A stretch of 32,000 nucleotides of DNA from contig NC_018655.1 in assembly GCF_000299365.1 (NCBI RefSeq), positions 1,560,001 to 1,592,000 on the forward strand. The letters are read 5' to 3'. A program made the translations under genes and the position numbers. Positions 15,642-24,557 of this stretch are shown in pieces; the stretch's first letter is position 1, and the number at the start of each line of letters is the position of its first letter. Origin of the DNA: Candidatus Nitrosopumilus koreensis AR1. GTDB taxonomy: Archaea; Thermoproteota; Nitrososphaeria; Nitrososphaerales; Nitrosopumilaceae. The notes under the pieces are model-generated. The model was not told the origin of the DNA. It saw only the letters and a program-made list of their open reading frames with translations, and did no database searches.

Positions 15642-16537
15642 AGCTTGTATTTCTAGGAACATCAGCTGCTCAGCCCACTGAAAACAGGGGTTTATCATGC
15701 ATTTGCCTTGAGAGAGAAGGAGAAATTCTTATGTTTGATGCAGGAGAATCTGCCCAAATCTCCTACATGAAATCAAAATTAGGATGGAATAAAAAAATGA
15801 AAATTTTTGTTACTCATCTTCACGGAGATCATTGTGTAGGAATTTTAGGGTTGCTGCAAACAATGTCTATGCAAAATAGAACAGAAACATTAGAGATTTT
15901 TGGACCAAGTGGAATTGAGGAATTTATTGCTGCAAATATCAAAATTTTAAATTTTGGATTATCATTTCCTATTTTAATTAACACAATTAAAGATGAAAAA
16001 ATTTTTGAAAATGAAAAATTTACAATACGAACATGTAAGGCTAATCACTCAATTGTTGCATTTTCATATTTGTTTGAAGAAAAAGACAAACCAGGAAGAT
16101 TCAATGTTGAGAAAGCTAAGGAATTAGGAATACCAGAAGGGGAGTTATGGAATAAACTACAAAATGGAAATGAGGTTACAATTAATGAAAAAATAATAAA
16201 ACCTGAACAGGTTCTAGGAGAAAAACGTCCAGGTATAAAAATAGGAATTTCAGGTGATACAATGCCTACAAAAGAATTAGAAGAATTTTTTGAGGAATGT
16301 GACTATCTTGTATTTGATTCTACATTTCTTGATGAAGAAAAACAAAAGGCTCAAGATACATGTCATTCAACTGCAAAACAGGCTGCAACACTAGGAAAAA
16401 ATGCCAAGGTTAAGAATTTAATCTTGACACATTTTTCAGCTAGATACAAAGATGAGTCTAATCATTTGAGAGAAGCAAAAGAAATTCATGATTCAGTGAT
16501 TACTGCAAGAGATCTTTTAGAAATAGAAATTAAATGA
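15638..16537 (+). CDS. rnz: ribonuclease Z (tRNA 3' endonuclease)
   Basis: Metallo-beta-lactamase [15 protein letters not shown]; 299 aa. ATGA overlap with the upstream gene. Confidence 0.9.
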   Translation: MKLVFLGTSAAQPTENRGLSCICLEREGEILMFDAGESAQISYMKSKLGWNKKMKIFVTHLHGDHCVGILGLLQTMSMQNRTETLEIFGPSGIEEFIAANIKILNFGLSFPILINTIKDEKIFENEKFTIRTCKANHSIVAFSYLFEEKDKPGRFNVEKAKELGIPEGELWNKLQNGNEVTINEKIIKPEQVLGEKRPGIKIGISGDTMPTKELEEFFEECDYLVFDSTFLDEEKQKAQDTCHSTAKQAATLGKNAKVKNLILTHFSARYKDESNHLREAKEIHDSVITARDLLEIEIK

Positions 16538-16538
16538 A

Positions 16539-17261
16539 ATGTTTGAGTCAATAAAAGACCAAATTAAGAATGTAAAGAAAATTGTTTTTGTTACAGGTGC
16601 TGGCATTTCACAAGAAAGCGGAATTCCTACATTTAGGGGCAAAGATGGTCTATGGAGAAACTATGATGCGATGAAATTAGCTACAATTGATGCATTTTAT
16701 GAGAATCCAAGATTAGTTTGGGAATGGTATAACGAACGAAGAAAAAATATTTTTTCAGCACATCCAAATAATGGACATAAAGCAATTGCAGAACTGGAAA
16801 AATTAAGAGATGTTGTAGTTTTAACGCAAAATATTGATGGATTACATCAGAAAGCTGGTAGTAGCAAAGTTCTAGAATTACATGGAAGTATTGTAAAAAT
16901 AAAATGCACTGTTTGTGATTTTATAGATGAGATGATGACAGATTTTTCTGAAAGTCCTCCTTTATGTAAATGTGGAAATATTTTAAGGCCAGATGTTGTT
17001 TGGTTTGGAGAAGCCCTACCACAAGATGTTTGGCAAAAGGCAATAATTCATGCAAATCAATGTGATTTGATGATAATTGCAGGTACATCTCTTGCAGTAT
17101 CCCCTGCTAATACATTACCAATGTATGCAAAACAAAATAATGCATTGTTAATAGAAATTAATCCAGAAAATACTGAAATGTCATCAGAAATGGATCTGAT
17201 CATAAGAAACACCAGTGCAAACATACTACCAGAATTTATTTCACTGTTTAAAGAAAATTAG
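16539..17261 (+). CDS. cobB: NAD-dependent protein deacylase, Sir2 family
   Basis: GAGISQESGIPTFRG, TQNIDGLH, Zn ribbon CTVC…CKCG, GTSLAV. Confidence 0.9.
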   Translation: MFESIKDQIKNVKKIVFVTGAGISQESGIPTFRGKDGLWRNYDAMKLATIDAFYENPRLVWEWYNERRKNIFSAHPNNGHKAIAELEKLRDVVVLTQNIDGLHQKAGSSKVLELHGSIVKIKCTVCDFIDEMMTDFSESPPLCKCGNILRPDVVWFGEALPQDVWQKAIIHANQCDLMIIAGTSLAVSPANTLPMYAKQNNALLIEINPENTEMSSEMDLIIRNTSANILPEFISLFKEN

Positions 17262-17262
17262 A

Positions 17263-17985
17263 TCATTTAAGTGAGAATATTCCATTAATTTGTGAATCTG
17301 AAGAATCTCCAGGATTAAACACAGACGATGTAACAGTACCATAATCTTCATGCTCTACCACCATATCTACGTAATATGGAATACCAGATATGTCATGTAC
17401 AGTTGTTTCAAAATTTGAAGTAAAGAATGTTCCAGAAAAAATCTCTTTTTCGTTAGTTCTAATTATGACATCAACGCTTTGGGTTTTTTCACTTGAGTCA
17501 GAATATTGAAGAAGAATTTCATCATTTGATTTGTGTGTAGTGGATAATGACAATGTTTCATGAATTAATGGAGACTGATTATTTGGAATGATTGTTTCAG
17601 ATTGAGAAGACTGTGTAGTTTCAGGTTCAGAATTATCTGAAAAAATATTTTTTATGGATTCAATAGGATTAAGATTTAAAATTTCTTCACTAATAATTTT
17701 TTGAGAAGATTCTTTAGTTTCGATTATTTCATTAGTAATTTTATCTCCAGTCTCACTAATTTCTTTTGTTACAGCATTATTTGTAGAATCAACAATTTTA
17801 TCAACAGATTGATCAATCCGTTTTTCAACAGAATCAGATGCTTGAGTGCCAAAATTTGAGACGTCATTCTTTATAGAATCAACGACAGCTGCAGATGTTG
17901 ATGGAAATATAGTGTAAATCTCATTTGAGAATATCATCCCACCTAGAACAACTATTCCTATAATTATGCCTAATTTTATGAACAT
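17263..17985 (-). CDS. N-terminally membrane-anchored Ser/Thr/Glu-rich protein, unknown function
   Basis: TM IIIGIVVLGGMIF, a low-complexity linker, and a ~100-aa C-terminal globular region. No motif recognised. Confidence 0.45.
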   Translation of the reverse strand: MFIKLGIIIGIVVLGGMIFSNEIYTIFPSTSAAVVDSIKNDVSNFGTQASDSVEKRIDQSVDKIVDSTNNAVTKEISETGDKITNEIIETKESSQKIISEEILNLNPIESIKNIFSDNSEPETTQSSQSETIIPNNQSPLIHETLSLSTTHKSNDEILLQYSDSSEKTQSVDVIIRTNEKEIFSGTFFTSNFETTVHDISGIPYYVDMVVEHEDYGTVTSSVFNPGDSSDSQINGIFSLK

Positions 17986-18064
17986 CCGTTAATAATTCAA
18001 AAAAATGGATTTTAGATTCATACTGAAAAAAATAGTCAAAAATGATTGAATTTTCTTAGCTAAT

Positions 18065-18463
18065 TTACATCTCATACACAAACCAATCAATAATTTCATC
18101 AATTTTTGACGAAGTAAGTACTACTTTGATTGGTCCAAGAGGAGATTCTTCAGATTCATCACAAATGACTATTTTTTCTACAAATGCAGCTTGTTTATTT
18201 AGATAAAACCAAGTTGAATCATTTTTTAGATTTTTTTGTAGATTTCGCCTATAGGTTTTTTGAAATTGTTTTGAATGAACTGCTTCATATATTTTTTCTA
18301 GAGAGGTCAAATCTTTGGATTCTGCTGAAATTGAAAAATTTTCAATTTTGATTGCAGAGTATGGAAAAATGTTTGATATTGATTTTTGTGTTTTTTCTGG
18401 ATCTTCTGAAGGATTTATTGCACAAAACATCTCAATTTTACAATTTAGATTTGGAATTTTCAT
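18065..18463 (-). CDS. UPF0201/COG1931-like predicted RNA-binding protein
   Basis: AINPSEDPEKTQKSISNIFP, LNKQAAF, PLGPIKVVL and IIDWF resemble the archaeal UPF0201 pattern. ATG 18463 forms an ATGA overlap with the upstream gene stop; the track start of 18472 is a GTG. Confidence 0.6.
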   Translation of the reverse strand: MKIPNLNCKIEMFCAINPSEDPEKTQKSISNIFPYSAIKIENFSISAESKDLTSLEKIYEAVHSKQFQKTYRRNLQKNLKNDSTWFYLNKQAAFVEKIVICDESEESPLGPIKVVLTSSKIDEIIDWFVYEM

Positions 18464-19008
18464 TCTACCCACCTTTGGATAATTTCATATGCTGATTCTA
18501 TTAGTTCGTCTTTTGTCAATCCGATATTAGATATTGCATAATCAGATAATGCAATTGAGTTGCTAATTCCAACACCTAATTCACGATTATCTCTTTCTTC
18601 AAAATGTTCTTTGGTTTGAGGATCATCAGATCTTCCTCTCTTTTGCAAGAAATCAAATCTAGTGTCAGTTGATGCATGAATAGCTAATAATTTTACATTT
18701 CCAATTTTTCTTAAAACCTCAATTTCATCATTTGAGCGAACACCGTCAATCAAAATTACATTAGAAGTGGATGATTCAATTTGGGGTTTTATCAATTCAG
18801 CTACTGCGCCAGGTCCATTTTTTTCTCTAAGTTCAAGCATTAACTTTCCAAGATTTGATCTTGATGGTTCCAAGTTTCTTTTTTTGGCCTCATCTCTTAC
18901 AGCATTTCCCATATTGATAATATCATAGCCTTTAGGTTTTAGTCCTTCAGCAATAGTAGATTTTCCAGCACCTGGCATGCCTGTTAAACACACAATCAGT
19001 TTTGTCAT
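18460..19008 (-). CDS. UPF0200-like P-loop nucleotide kinase-fold protein
   Basis: Walker A GMPGAGKST. C-terminal RGRSDDP…ERDNRELGVGI…SDYAISN is typical of the archaeal UPF0200 family. Confidence 0.65.
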   Translation of the reverse strand: MTKLIVCLTGMPGAGKSTIAEGLKPKGYDIINMGNAVRDEAKKRNLEPSRSNLGKLMLELREKNGPGAVAELIKPQIESSTSNVILIDGVRSNDEIEVLRKIGNVKLLAIHASTDTRFDFLQKRGRSDDPQTKEHFEERDNRELGVGISNSIALSDYAISNIGLTKDELIESAYEIIQRWVE

Positions 19009-19080
19009 TGCATATCAAAAACTAAACTCGTCTATGAAGCTACCGGAAATTATTATAAAGATACGTCAAAGAAAGTTGTA

Positions 19081-19623
19081 ATGCGAACTTTTGTTGCAAT
19101 TGAAATTTCAAATAATGATGTAAAAAATTTTATAAAAAATTTTCAAAGTAATTTGAAAATTAATGCAAAACCAATAGATCCAGAACAATTACATTTTACA
19201 CTACAATTTTTGGGTGAAATTTCAGAAGAAACGGGGCAAAGAGTGATTGAAGCACTACAAACTATCATGTTTTCTGAATTTACTATAAACTTGAAAGGCG
19301 TAGGAGCATTTCCTAAACCTAAATTTCCACGAGTGGTTTGGATCGGAACAGATGAAAAAGGAGGAAGAGATCTGATTGAGTTGGCAAAAAAAGTAGAAAA
19401 CGTGTTAAAACCATTAGGATTGGTTTCAGACAAACCATTCAAGCCACACATTACAATATTTAGGATTAAAAAGAAGATCGGAGATATAACAAAAGAATTG
19501 AATGAAAGAAAACATATGGATTTTGGAATGCAGAAAGTTTTCAGTATAAAATTAAAAAAAAGTGAACTTACATCTAGTGGACCAATCTATTCCGATTTAG
19601 AGGAGGTAATTGCAGTAAAATGA
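19081..19623 (+). CDS. thpR: RNA 2',3'-cyclic phosphodiesterase / 2'-5' RNA ligase (2H family)
   Basis: Two HxT/S motifs: HFTLQFLG and HITIFRI; 180 aa. Confidence 0.85.
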   Translation: MRTFVAIEISNNDVKNFIKNFQSNLKINAKPIDPEQLHFTLQFLGEISEETGQRVIEALQTIMFSEFTINLKGVGAFPKPKFPRVVWIGTDEKGGRDLIELAKKVENVLKPLGLVSDKPFKPHITIFRIKKKIGDITKELNERKHMDFGMQKVFSIKLKKSELTSSGPIYSDLEEVIAVK

Positions 19624-20951
19624 AGAAAATCATTTCCAATGTGATGAAGAATGTCATCCCTACAAAAACAGTAGAAAAATCAAAAAAAGAAATTGCAGAC
19701 TCAGCATTAGAATTGGTTAAAAAAGAAATTGAAAAGTTCCCTGAAATCATTGGATTAGAGTTTGGTGGTTCATTTGCTAAAGGCACATGGCTATCAAAAG
19801 ATGCTGATGTAGATATTTTTGTAAGATTCAAAAAGTCTACATCAGAAGAGAAGTTTGAAAGAATTTCAAAAAAAATTGGTTTTGATTCATTGAAAAAATT
19901 TTCTCCATATGTAAGATATTCTGAACATCCATATGTTGAGGCTAAAATGAAGGATACTAAGATCAATGTAGTACCATTTTATGATGTTAAAGTTGGAGAA
20001 TGGAAAAGTGCTGCAGATAGATCACCGTTTCATACAAAATTCATGTTAAAATCATTAACACCAAAAATGAGAAACGAGGTTAGAGTTTTGAAAACATTTC
20101 TAAAAGCAAATAGAATTTATGGTGCAGAAATTGCAAAGCAAGGTTTTAGTGGATATGTTTCAGAAGTGTTGGTTTTACATTTTGGAAGTTTTGAGAATAT
20201 TATAAAATCAATTTCTAAAATTGAAGAAAATTCAATCATAGGAAAAACTTCAAAGAAATTTGATACCTCTTTGATAATAGTTGATCCAATAGATACCAAT
20301 AGGAACTTAGCTGCAGCAATTTCTAATGAGAATATTGGGAAATTCGTTCTTGTCTGTAGAGCCTTTAAAGAAAATCCCAAATTAGAATTTTTTAAAAATA
20401 AAAAATTAAAAATATCAAAAAAATATTGGGAAAATTTGCTATCAATAAAATTCAGTTTTAAAATCAGGAGTCCAGATATAATTTGGGGGCAGATAAAAAG
20501 GGCCACCTCATCATTGAGTACACAGTTAGAATTGGCAGGTTTTACAGTTATACGAAGTAAAGCTTACACAGACCAACAAAAAGAAGCATATCTCTTTTTC
20601 TTTTTAGAATCGGCAAAAATTTCCGATATTCATGTAAAAAATGGGCCTGATTTTTTCAGGGAAGGTAGTTCCAAGAGCTTTATTTCTAAAAATCTTTCAA
20701 ATACAGAATTAGTATGGGTAGGTAAAAATAAAAAAATAATCTCTCTAGGAAACAGGCAGTACACAAATGCTGATAAATTCATGACTAAATTTTTAAAAAA
20801 TAATCTTCAAACAGGCATACCAAAAGGCCTTCAAAATGACTTTAAACGTGGTTTCAAAGTGGGTGTTGGAGAAAAAGGATTAAGCAAATCAATTAAAGAG
20901 GTTGCAAGTGAGTTGATCTCAACAGATGGCATATTCCTTCATTTCAATTAA
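19620..20951 (+). CDS. cca: archaeal class I CCA-adding tRNA nucleotidyltransferase
   Basis: GGSFAKGTWLSKDADVDIF, RSPFHTKF, GAEIAKQGFSGY. ATGA overlap with thpR. A GAGGAGGT Shine-Dalgarno-like element lies upstream. Confidence 0.85.
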   Translation: MKKIISNVMKNVIPTKTVEKSKKEIADSALELVKKEIEKFPEIIGLEFGGSFAKGTWLSKDADVDIFVRFKKSTSEEKFERISKKIGFDSLKKFSPYVRYSEHPYVEAKMKDTKINVVPFYDVKVGEWKSAADRSPFHTKFMLKSLTPKMRNEVRVLKTFLKANRIYGAEIAKQGFSGYVSEVLVLHFGSFENIIKSISKIEENSIIGKTSKKFDTSLIIVDPIDTNRNLAAAISNENIGKFVLVCRAFKENPKLEFFKNKKLKISKKYWENLLSIKFSFKIRSPDIIWGQIKRATSSLSTQLELAGFTVIRSKAYTDQQKEAYLFFFLESAKISDIHVKNGPDFFREGSSKSFISKNLSNTELVWVGKNKKIISLGNRQYTNADKFMTKFLKNNLQTGIPKGLQNDFKRGFKVGVGEKGLSKSIKEVASELISTDGIFLHFN

Positions 20952-21687
20952 GAAATTTGGAAAAGAGCCATACTCAACAATTCTTGGGTATCCAAAGGCA
21001 ACATCACGTCAGATAAAATCTCGAATTAATGAATTAGAAAAATTAAAAATTAAATCGATTTCATTAATTGGTCCGACAACATTGGGAAAGTTGGAGATTC
21101 TTGGAAAAGGATACGCAGGTGTAGTTGTTCTTGCAAAAAAAGGAAGAAAAGAAATTGCGTTAAAAATTAGAAGAACAGATTCTCAAAGAAAAGAAATGAA
21201 AAATGAAGCAGAATTATTGAAATTTGCAAATTCTGTAAATGTTGGACCAAAAATGTTTGATGTAAGTAAGAATTTTTTGATAATGGAATACATAGAAGGG
21301 AATAAAATTATTGATTGGATAAATTCGTTAAAAGGAGTAGGTAGTGCAAAAAAATTAAAATCAACAATAAGAAAAATTCTTGAAGATTGTTTTAATTTAG
21401 ATCAAATCGGTTTTGATCATGGTGAATTAAGTAATATCTCAAAACATGTCATTGTTGGAAAAACAAAATCTACTCTGATTGATTTTGAGAGCTCTAGTGT
21501 TAAAAGAAGACCATCAAACGTAACATCAGTTACTCAGGCAATCTTTATTGGTTCAGGAATTGCAAAAAAAGTGCAGAAAATTTACAAAAATCCACCTAAA
21601 GAAAAGATTATTGATGCTCTAAAGCAGTATAAACAAGAAAAGTCTCCTGAAAATTTTGAAAATCTCTTGAAAATTTTGAAATTGTAA
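20926..21687 (+). CDS. predicted Ser/Thr protein kinase-like protein (small archaeal RIO/COG2112-like)
   Basis: Gly-loop-like LGKGYAGVV, the Lys in IALKIRR, and a catalytic-loop-like FDHGELSNISKHVIV. Overlaps the cca end by 26 nt. Confidence 0.55.
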   Translation: MAYSFISIKKFGKEPYSTILGYPKATSRQIKSRINELEKLKIKSISLIGPTTLGKLEILGKGYAGVVVLAKKGRKEIALKIRRTDSQRKEMKNEAELLKFANSVNVGPKMFDVSKNFLIMEYIEGNKIIDWINSLKGVGSAKKLKSTIRKILEDCFNLDQIGFDHGELSNISKHVIVGKTKSTLIDFESSSVKRRPSNVTSVTQAIFIGSGIAKKVQKIYKNPPKEKIIDALKQYKQEKSPENFENLLKILKL

Positions 21688-21761
21688 TGGGACCGGCAGG
21701 ATTTGAACCTGCGACCACTAGTCCCCCAGACTAGTATCATACCAAGCTAGACGACGATCCC
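21688..21761 (-). tRNA. tRNA-Pro (anticodon GGG), no encoded CCA
   Basis: The reverse complement folds as a cloverleaf: acceptor GGGATCG/CGGTCCC, anticodon stem CTAGT/ACTAG with loop CTGGGGG, T arm GCAGG-TTCAAAT-CCTGC, discriminator A. Confidence 0.9.
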
Positions 21762-21782
21762 TTGTCACAGAGGCATAAAATG

Positions 21783-21794
21783 AAATTATTAAAT
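21783..21794. promoter_or_regulatory. AT-rich TATA-like element shared by the divergent tRNA-Pro and small-protein genes
   Basis: AAATTATTAAAT is centred about 27 nt from the tRNA 5' end and about 30 nt from GTG 21818. Confidence 0.3.
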
Positions 21795-21817
21795 CGTCGT
21801 ATTAACAAATAAAAATT

Positions 21818-22027
21818 GTGAAAATTTGTAATATTTGTCACAAGATTTCTGCTACCGGTGAAGATCATACAGATTGTGTTCAAAAAAGGAATATAGAGTT
21901 AGAGGCTGAGGATTTTAAAAACAGCATTGCTGAAAAACTAAATCTTTCTAAAAATGATCAAGATTTGGGTGTTGAGATGAGAGCTGTTTTAGAACATCTG
22001 GCAAGAGAGAAAGAAAATCCTGATTGA
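21818..22027 (+). CDS. small hypothetical protein with N-terminal CxxC…HxxC metal-binding-like motif
   Basis: CNICHKISATGEDHTDC. GTG start; 69 aa. Confidence 0.4.
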   Translation: MKICNICHKISATGEDHTDCVQKRNIELEAEDFKNSIAEKLNLSKNDQDLGVEMRAVLEHLAREKENPD

Positions 22028-23176
22028 TTAAAACCATCTCGAGAGTCTTTCTTTTTCAAATTCTAGTTTGTTTGAAAGATTTTTTGAAGTTTGTGCAGAA
22101 ATACTGGTGGAAGGCTTTGGTTGTGAAAACATATCTACTTCAATAACCGAAGCTGTATCTCTCCCCGATTCAATAAAACAGCCTCCTTTTCCATCAAATA
22201 ATTCAGATTCTTCTTTTGACTGAAGTATTGAGACAATATTTTTGGCAACAGTTATTCCCTCACCTTCTGCAAATATTCCGGCTTTTGGTACTGCCATGTT
22301 TTCTGTAACTACTAAACTGGTTACATCACCTATTGCAAATACATTTTCAAAAGGAGTTTTGCAGTCCCTATCTATTGGAATAAATCCAGGTTCTTTAGCC
22401 AATCCAGAATCATAAATTACTTTTGGAGCAATATGAGGTGGAACAGCTAAAAGCAAATCAAATTCAGCTTCACTATTTTCAAAAATCAATTTGTTTGATT
22501 CAACTGATTTTATTTTAGATGAATTATGAAAAACAATTTTTTCAGAATTTACTAGTTTAAGAATTTCTTTACTAACTTCAGGACCAGCAGCAGGCAATGT
22601 AATTGGAGCTGGGCTGTAAAAGTCAATTTGAACAGAATCACGGACTCTACGTTTTCTAAGCATAGAATCTATCAATAAACTAGCCTCAAATGGTGCTGGA
22701 GGGCACTTATATGGCATTCCCATTATAGAAATAGCAATTTTTCCAGAATCAATATTTTGAAGTCTATTATGAATTTCTGAAAGTTGATTATGATCATACA
22801 AATTGAATCCGTTTTCTGTTAATCCGGGAATTTTTTGTGGAGCTAAAACGGCACCTAATGAGATTACAAGAAAATTATACGGTATGTTTTGTTGTTTGGT
22901 CTGAATGTTTTTGTTTTGAATGTCAATTGATAGAATTTCATCTTGTATGAAGTTTATTTCTTTTTTTTCTAATTCACGCAAATGTCCAATAGAATTTTCA
23001 AATGTTCGTGTTCCATTAATTATCCATAGTTTAGCAAACCCTACCATAAACCAGTCTTTTTTATCAATTATGGTAATTTTTACTTGTGATGAAGATAATG
23101 AATTCCTAATTTCATTTGCAGTAGAAAGTCCACCAAAACCCCCTCCTAAAATAACAACGTATGGAATATCTGTCAA
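22028..23176 (-). CDS. FAD-dependent pyridine nucleotide-disulfide oxidoreductase, sulfide:quinone oxidoreductase-like
   Basis: N-terminal Rossmann VVILGGGFGGLSTA, a second GD motif FAIGDV, and candidate redox cysteines in PYKCPPAPFE and GKGGCFIESG. Confidence 0.7.
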   Translation of the reverse strand: MTDIPYVVILGGGFGGLSTANEIRNSLSSSQVKITIIDKKDWFMVGFAKLWIINGTRTFENSIGHLRELEKKEINFIQDEILSIDIQNKNIQTKQQNIPYNFLVISLGAVLAPQKIPGLTENGFNLYDHNQLSEIHNRLQNIDSGKIAISIMGMPYKCPPAPFEASLLIDSMLRKRRVRDSVQIDFYSPAPITLPAAGPEVSKEILKLVNSEKIVFHNSSKIKSVESNKLIFENSEAEFDLLLAVPPHIAPKVIYDSGLAKEPGFIPIDRDCKTPFENVFAIGDVTSLVVTENMAVPKAGIFAEGEGITVAKNIVSILQSKEESELFDGKGGCFIESGRDTASVIEVDMFSQPKPSTSISAQTSKNLSNKLEFEKERLSRWF

Positions 23177-23177
23177 G

Positions 23178-23918
23178 TTAACGTTCTTGGGTTGTAGGTC
23201 TTATCAAAATTTCATTAACATTAACGTAAGAGGGAGAATCTACTGCAAATAAAATGGCATTTGCTATATCCTCAGATTGTAATGCTTCCATTTTTTTTGC
23301 ATTCTCAACAAATCCTTTTAATGATTCGTCAGTAATTGTATTGTTAAGTTCTGTATCTACAACTCCAGGTTCAATACTTGTTACTCTAATGTTTGAACGA
23401 ACGCTAAATTCTTGTCTTAGTCCCTCACTAAATGCTGCAACTGCATGTTTTGTTGCACAGTATACACTACCAGCTGGAAAGACAATTCTTCCTGCTACTG
23501 ATGAAAGATTAACAATATGACCCGATTTTTTTTCTTTCATGTGAGTGATTACGGACGCAGTGGAATACAACACTCCTTTGATGTTCACATCAACCATTTT
23601 GTCCCATTCGTCTACCTTAAGATTTTTGAAGAAGCTCAAAGGCATTAGTCCCGCATTATTTACTAGAATATCAATAGAATTCCATTTATCTAAAACAGCT
23701 TTTGCAAAATTATCACATTCTGATTTTTGTGTGACATCTAGTTTTTGATAAAAAACTTCTCCTCCGTTTTCAGTTATTGTTTTTGCAAGTTGTTCTAATC
23801 GATCGACTCTTCTGGCACCAAGAGCAACTTTAGCACCTGCTTTTGATAATGCTAGAACAGTTGCAAAACCAATACCACTACTAGCTCCAGTTATTATTGC
23901 TACTTTGCCTTTAATCAA
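23178..23918 (-). CDS. short-chain dehydrogenase/reductase (SDR)
   Basis: TGASSGIG, NNAG, S…YCATK catalytic triad. The stop is 1 nt from the downstream gene start. Confidence 0.85.
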   Translation of the reverse strand: MIKGKVAIITGASSGIGFATVLALSKAGAKVALGARRVDRLEQLAKTITENGGEVFYQKLDVTQKSECDNFAKAVLDKWNSIDILVNNAGLMPLSFFKNLKVDEWDKMVDVNIKGVLYSTASVITHMKEKKSGHIVNLSSVAGRIVFPAGSVYCATKHAVAAFSEGLRQEFSVRSNIRVTSIEPGVVDTELNNTITDESLKGFVENAKKMEALQSEDIANAILFAVDSPSYVNVNEILIRPTTQER

Positions 23919-24017
23919 TTAACTAAATTGAATTTTAACATCGTAAAAATGTTTAGACAATGGAAAATTTAGTAAAATACTGGCAACTTTATTAGAAGAA
24001 AAATAGTAAATGAAATT

Positions 24018-24239
24018 GTGAAATCTGAAAAATGTGCATATTGTGGGGATTTAACAGACTTACCATTTCAATGTAATTACTGCAAGGATCCATTTTGTTC
24101 AGAGCACAGACTTCCTGAGGAACATAGATGTGTTAAACTAAGTCAAATTAGAGCAAAACGATTTGGTGAGAAAAAAGTTATCAGAGATGGTGGAAGAGAT
24201 AGACCAAATATTTTTAGAAGGATTTTTGGACGATTTTAA
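24018..24239 (+). CDS. AN1-type zinc-finger protein
   Basis: CAYC…CNYCKDPFCSEHRLPEEHRC. GTG start forced, as there is no in-frame ATG before the first Cys. Confidence 0.7.
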   Translation: MKSEKCAYCGDLTDLPFQCNYCKDPFCSEHRLPEEHRCVKLSQIRAKRFGEKKVIRDGGRDRPNIFRRIFGRF

Positions 24240-24524
24240 TCAATAAGGACTTTTTTCAGGAGATATTTTTGCACGTCTTCCTTGATAAATTAGCGCAATA
24301 GCAAGCGCAAACATTACCAATGCAGTTAATGGGAAATTTTGAGGTGCAGGCAAAATAAACCAGTAATAAACTCCAAAACCAATAGATACGGCAGCTTGTG
24401 TCCATAACTTTATCCATTTAGGAGCTTTTATTGCTCTACTAATACCCTCAACAATAAAAATTCCAATTACAGGATAAATTGTATAAAAAAGAAAATCAAT
24501 TACATCAACACCAGTATGAGACAT
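24240..24524 (-). CDS. small integral membrane protein (about 3 TM), unknown function
   Basis: 94-aa hydrophobic ORF fitting exactly between neighbouring genes. Confidence 0.45.
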   Translation of the reverse strand: MSHTGVDVIDFLFYTIYPVIGIFIVEGISRAIKAPKWIKLWTQAAVSIGFGVYYWFILPAPQNFPLTALVMFALAIALIYQGRRAKISPEKSPY

Positions 24525-24557
24525 CTAATTAGAAAACAACTTAGGTATAATTTCTAT

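Noticed and set aside
21688-23918. The region downstream of the tRNA, considered as a possible genomic island or integrated element.
   Set aside because: There is no integrase, no repeat of the tRNA 3' end, and no compositional shift visible by eye. The neighbouring genes are ordinary metabolic enzymes.
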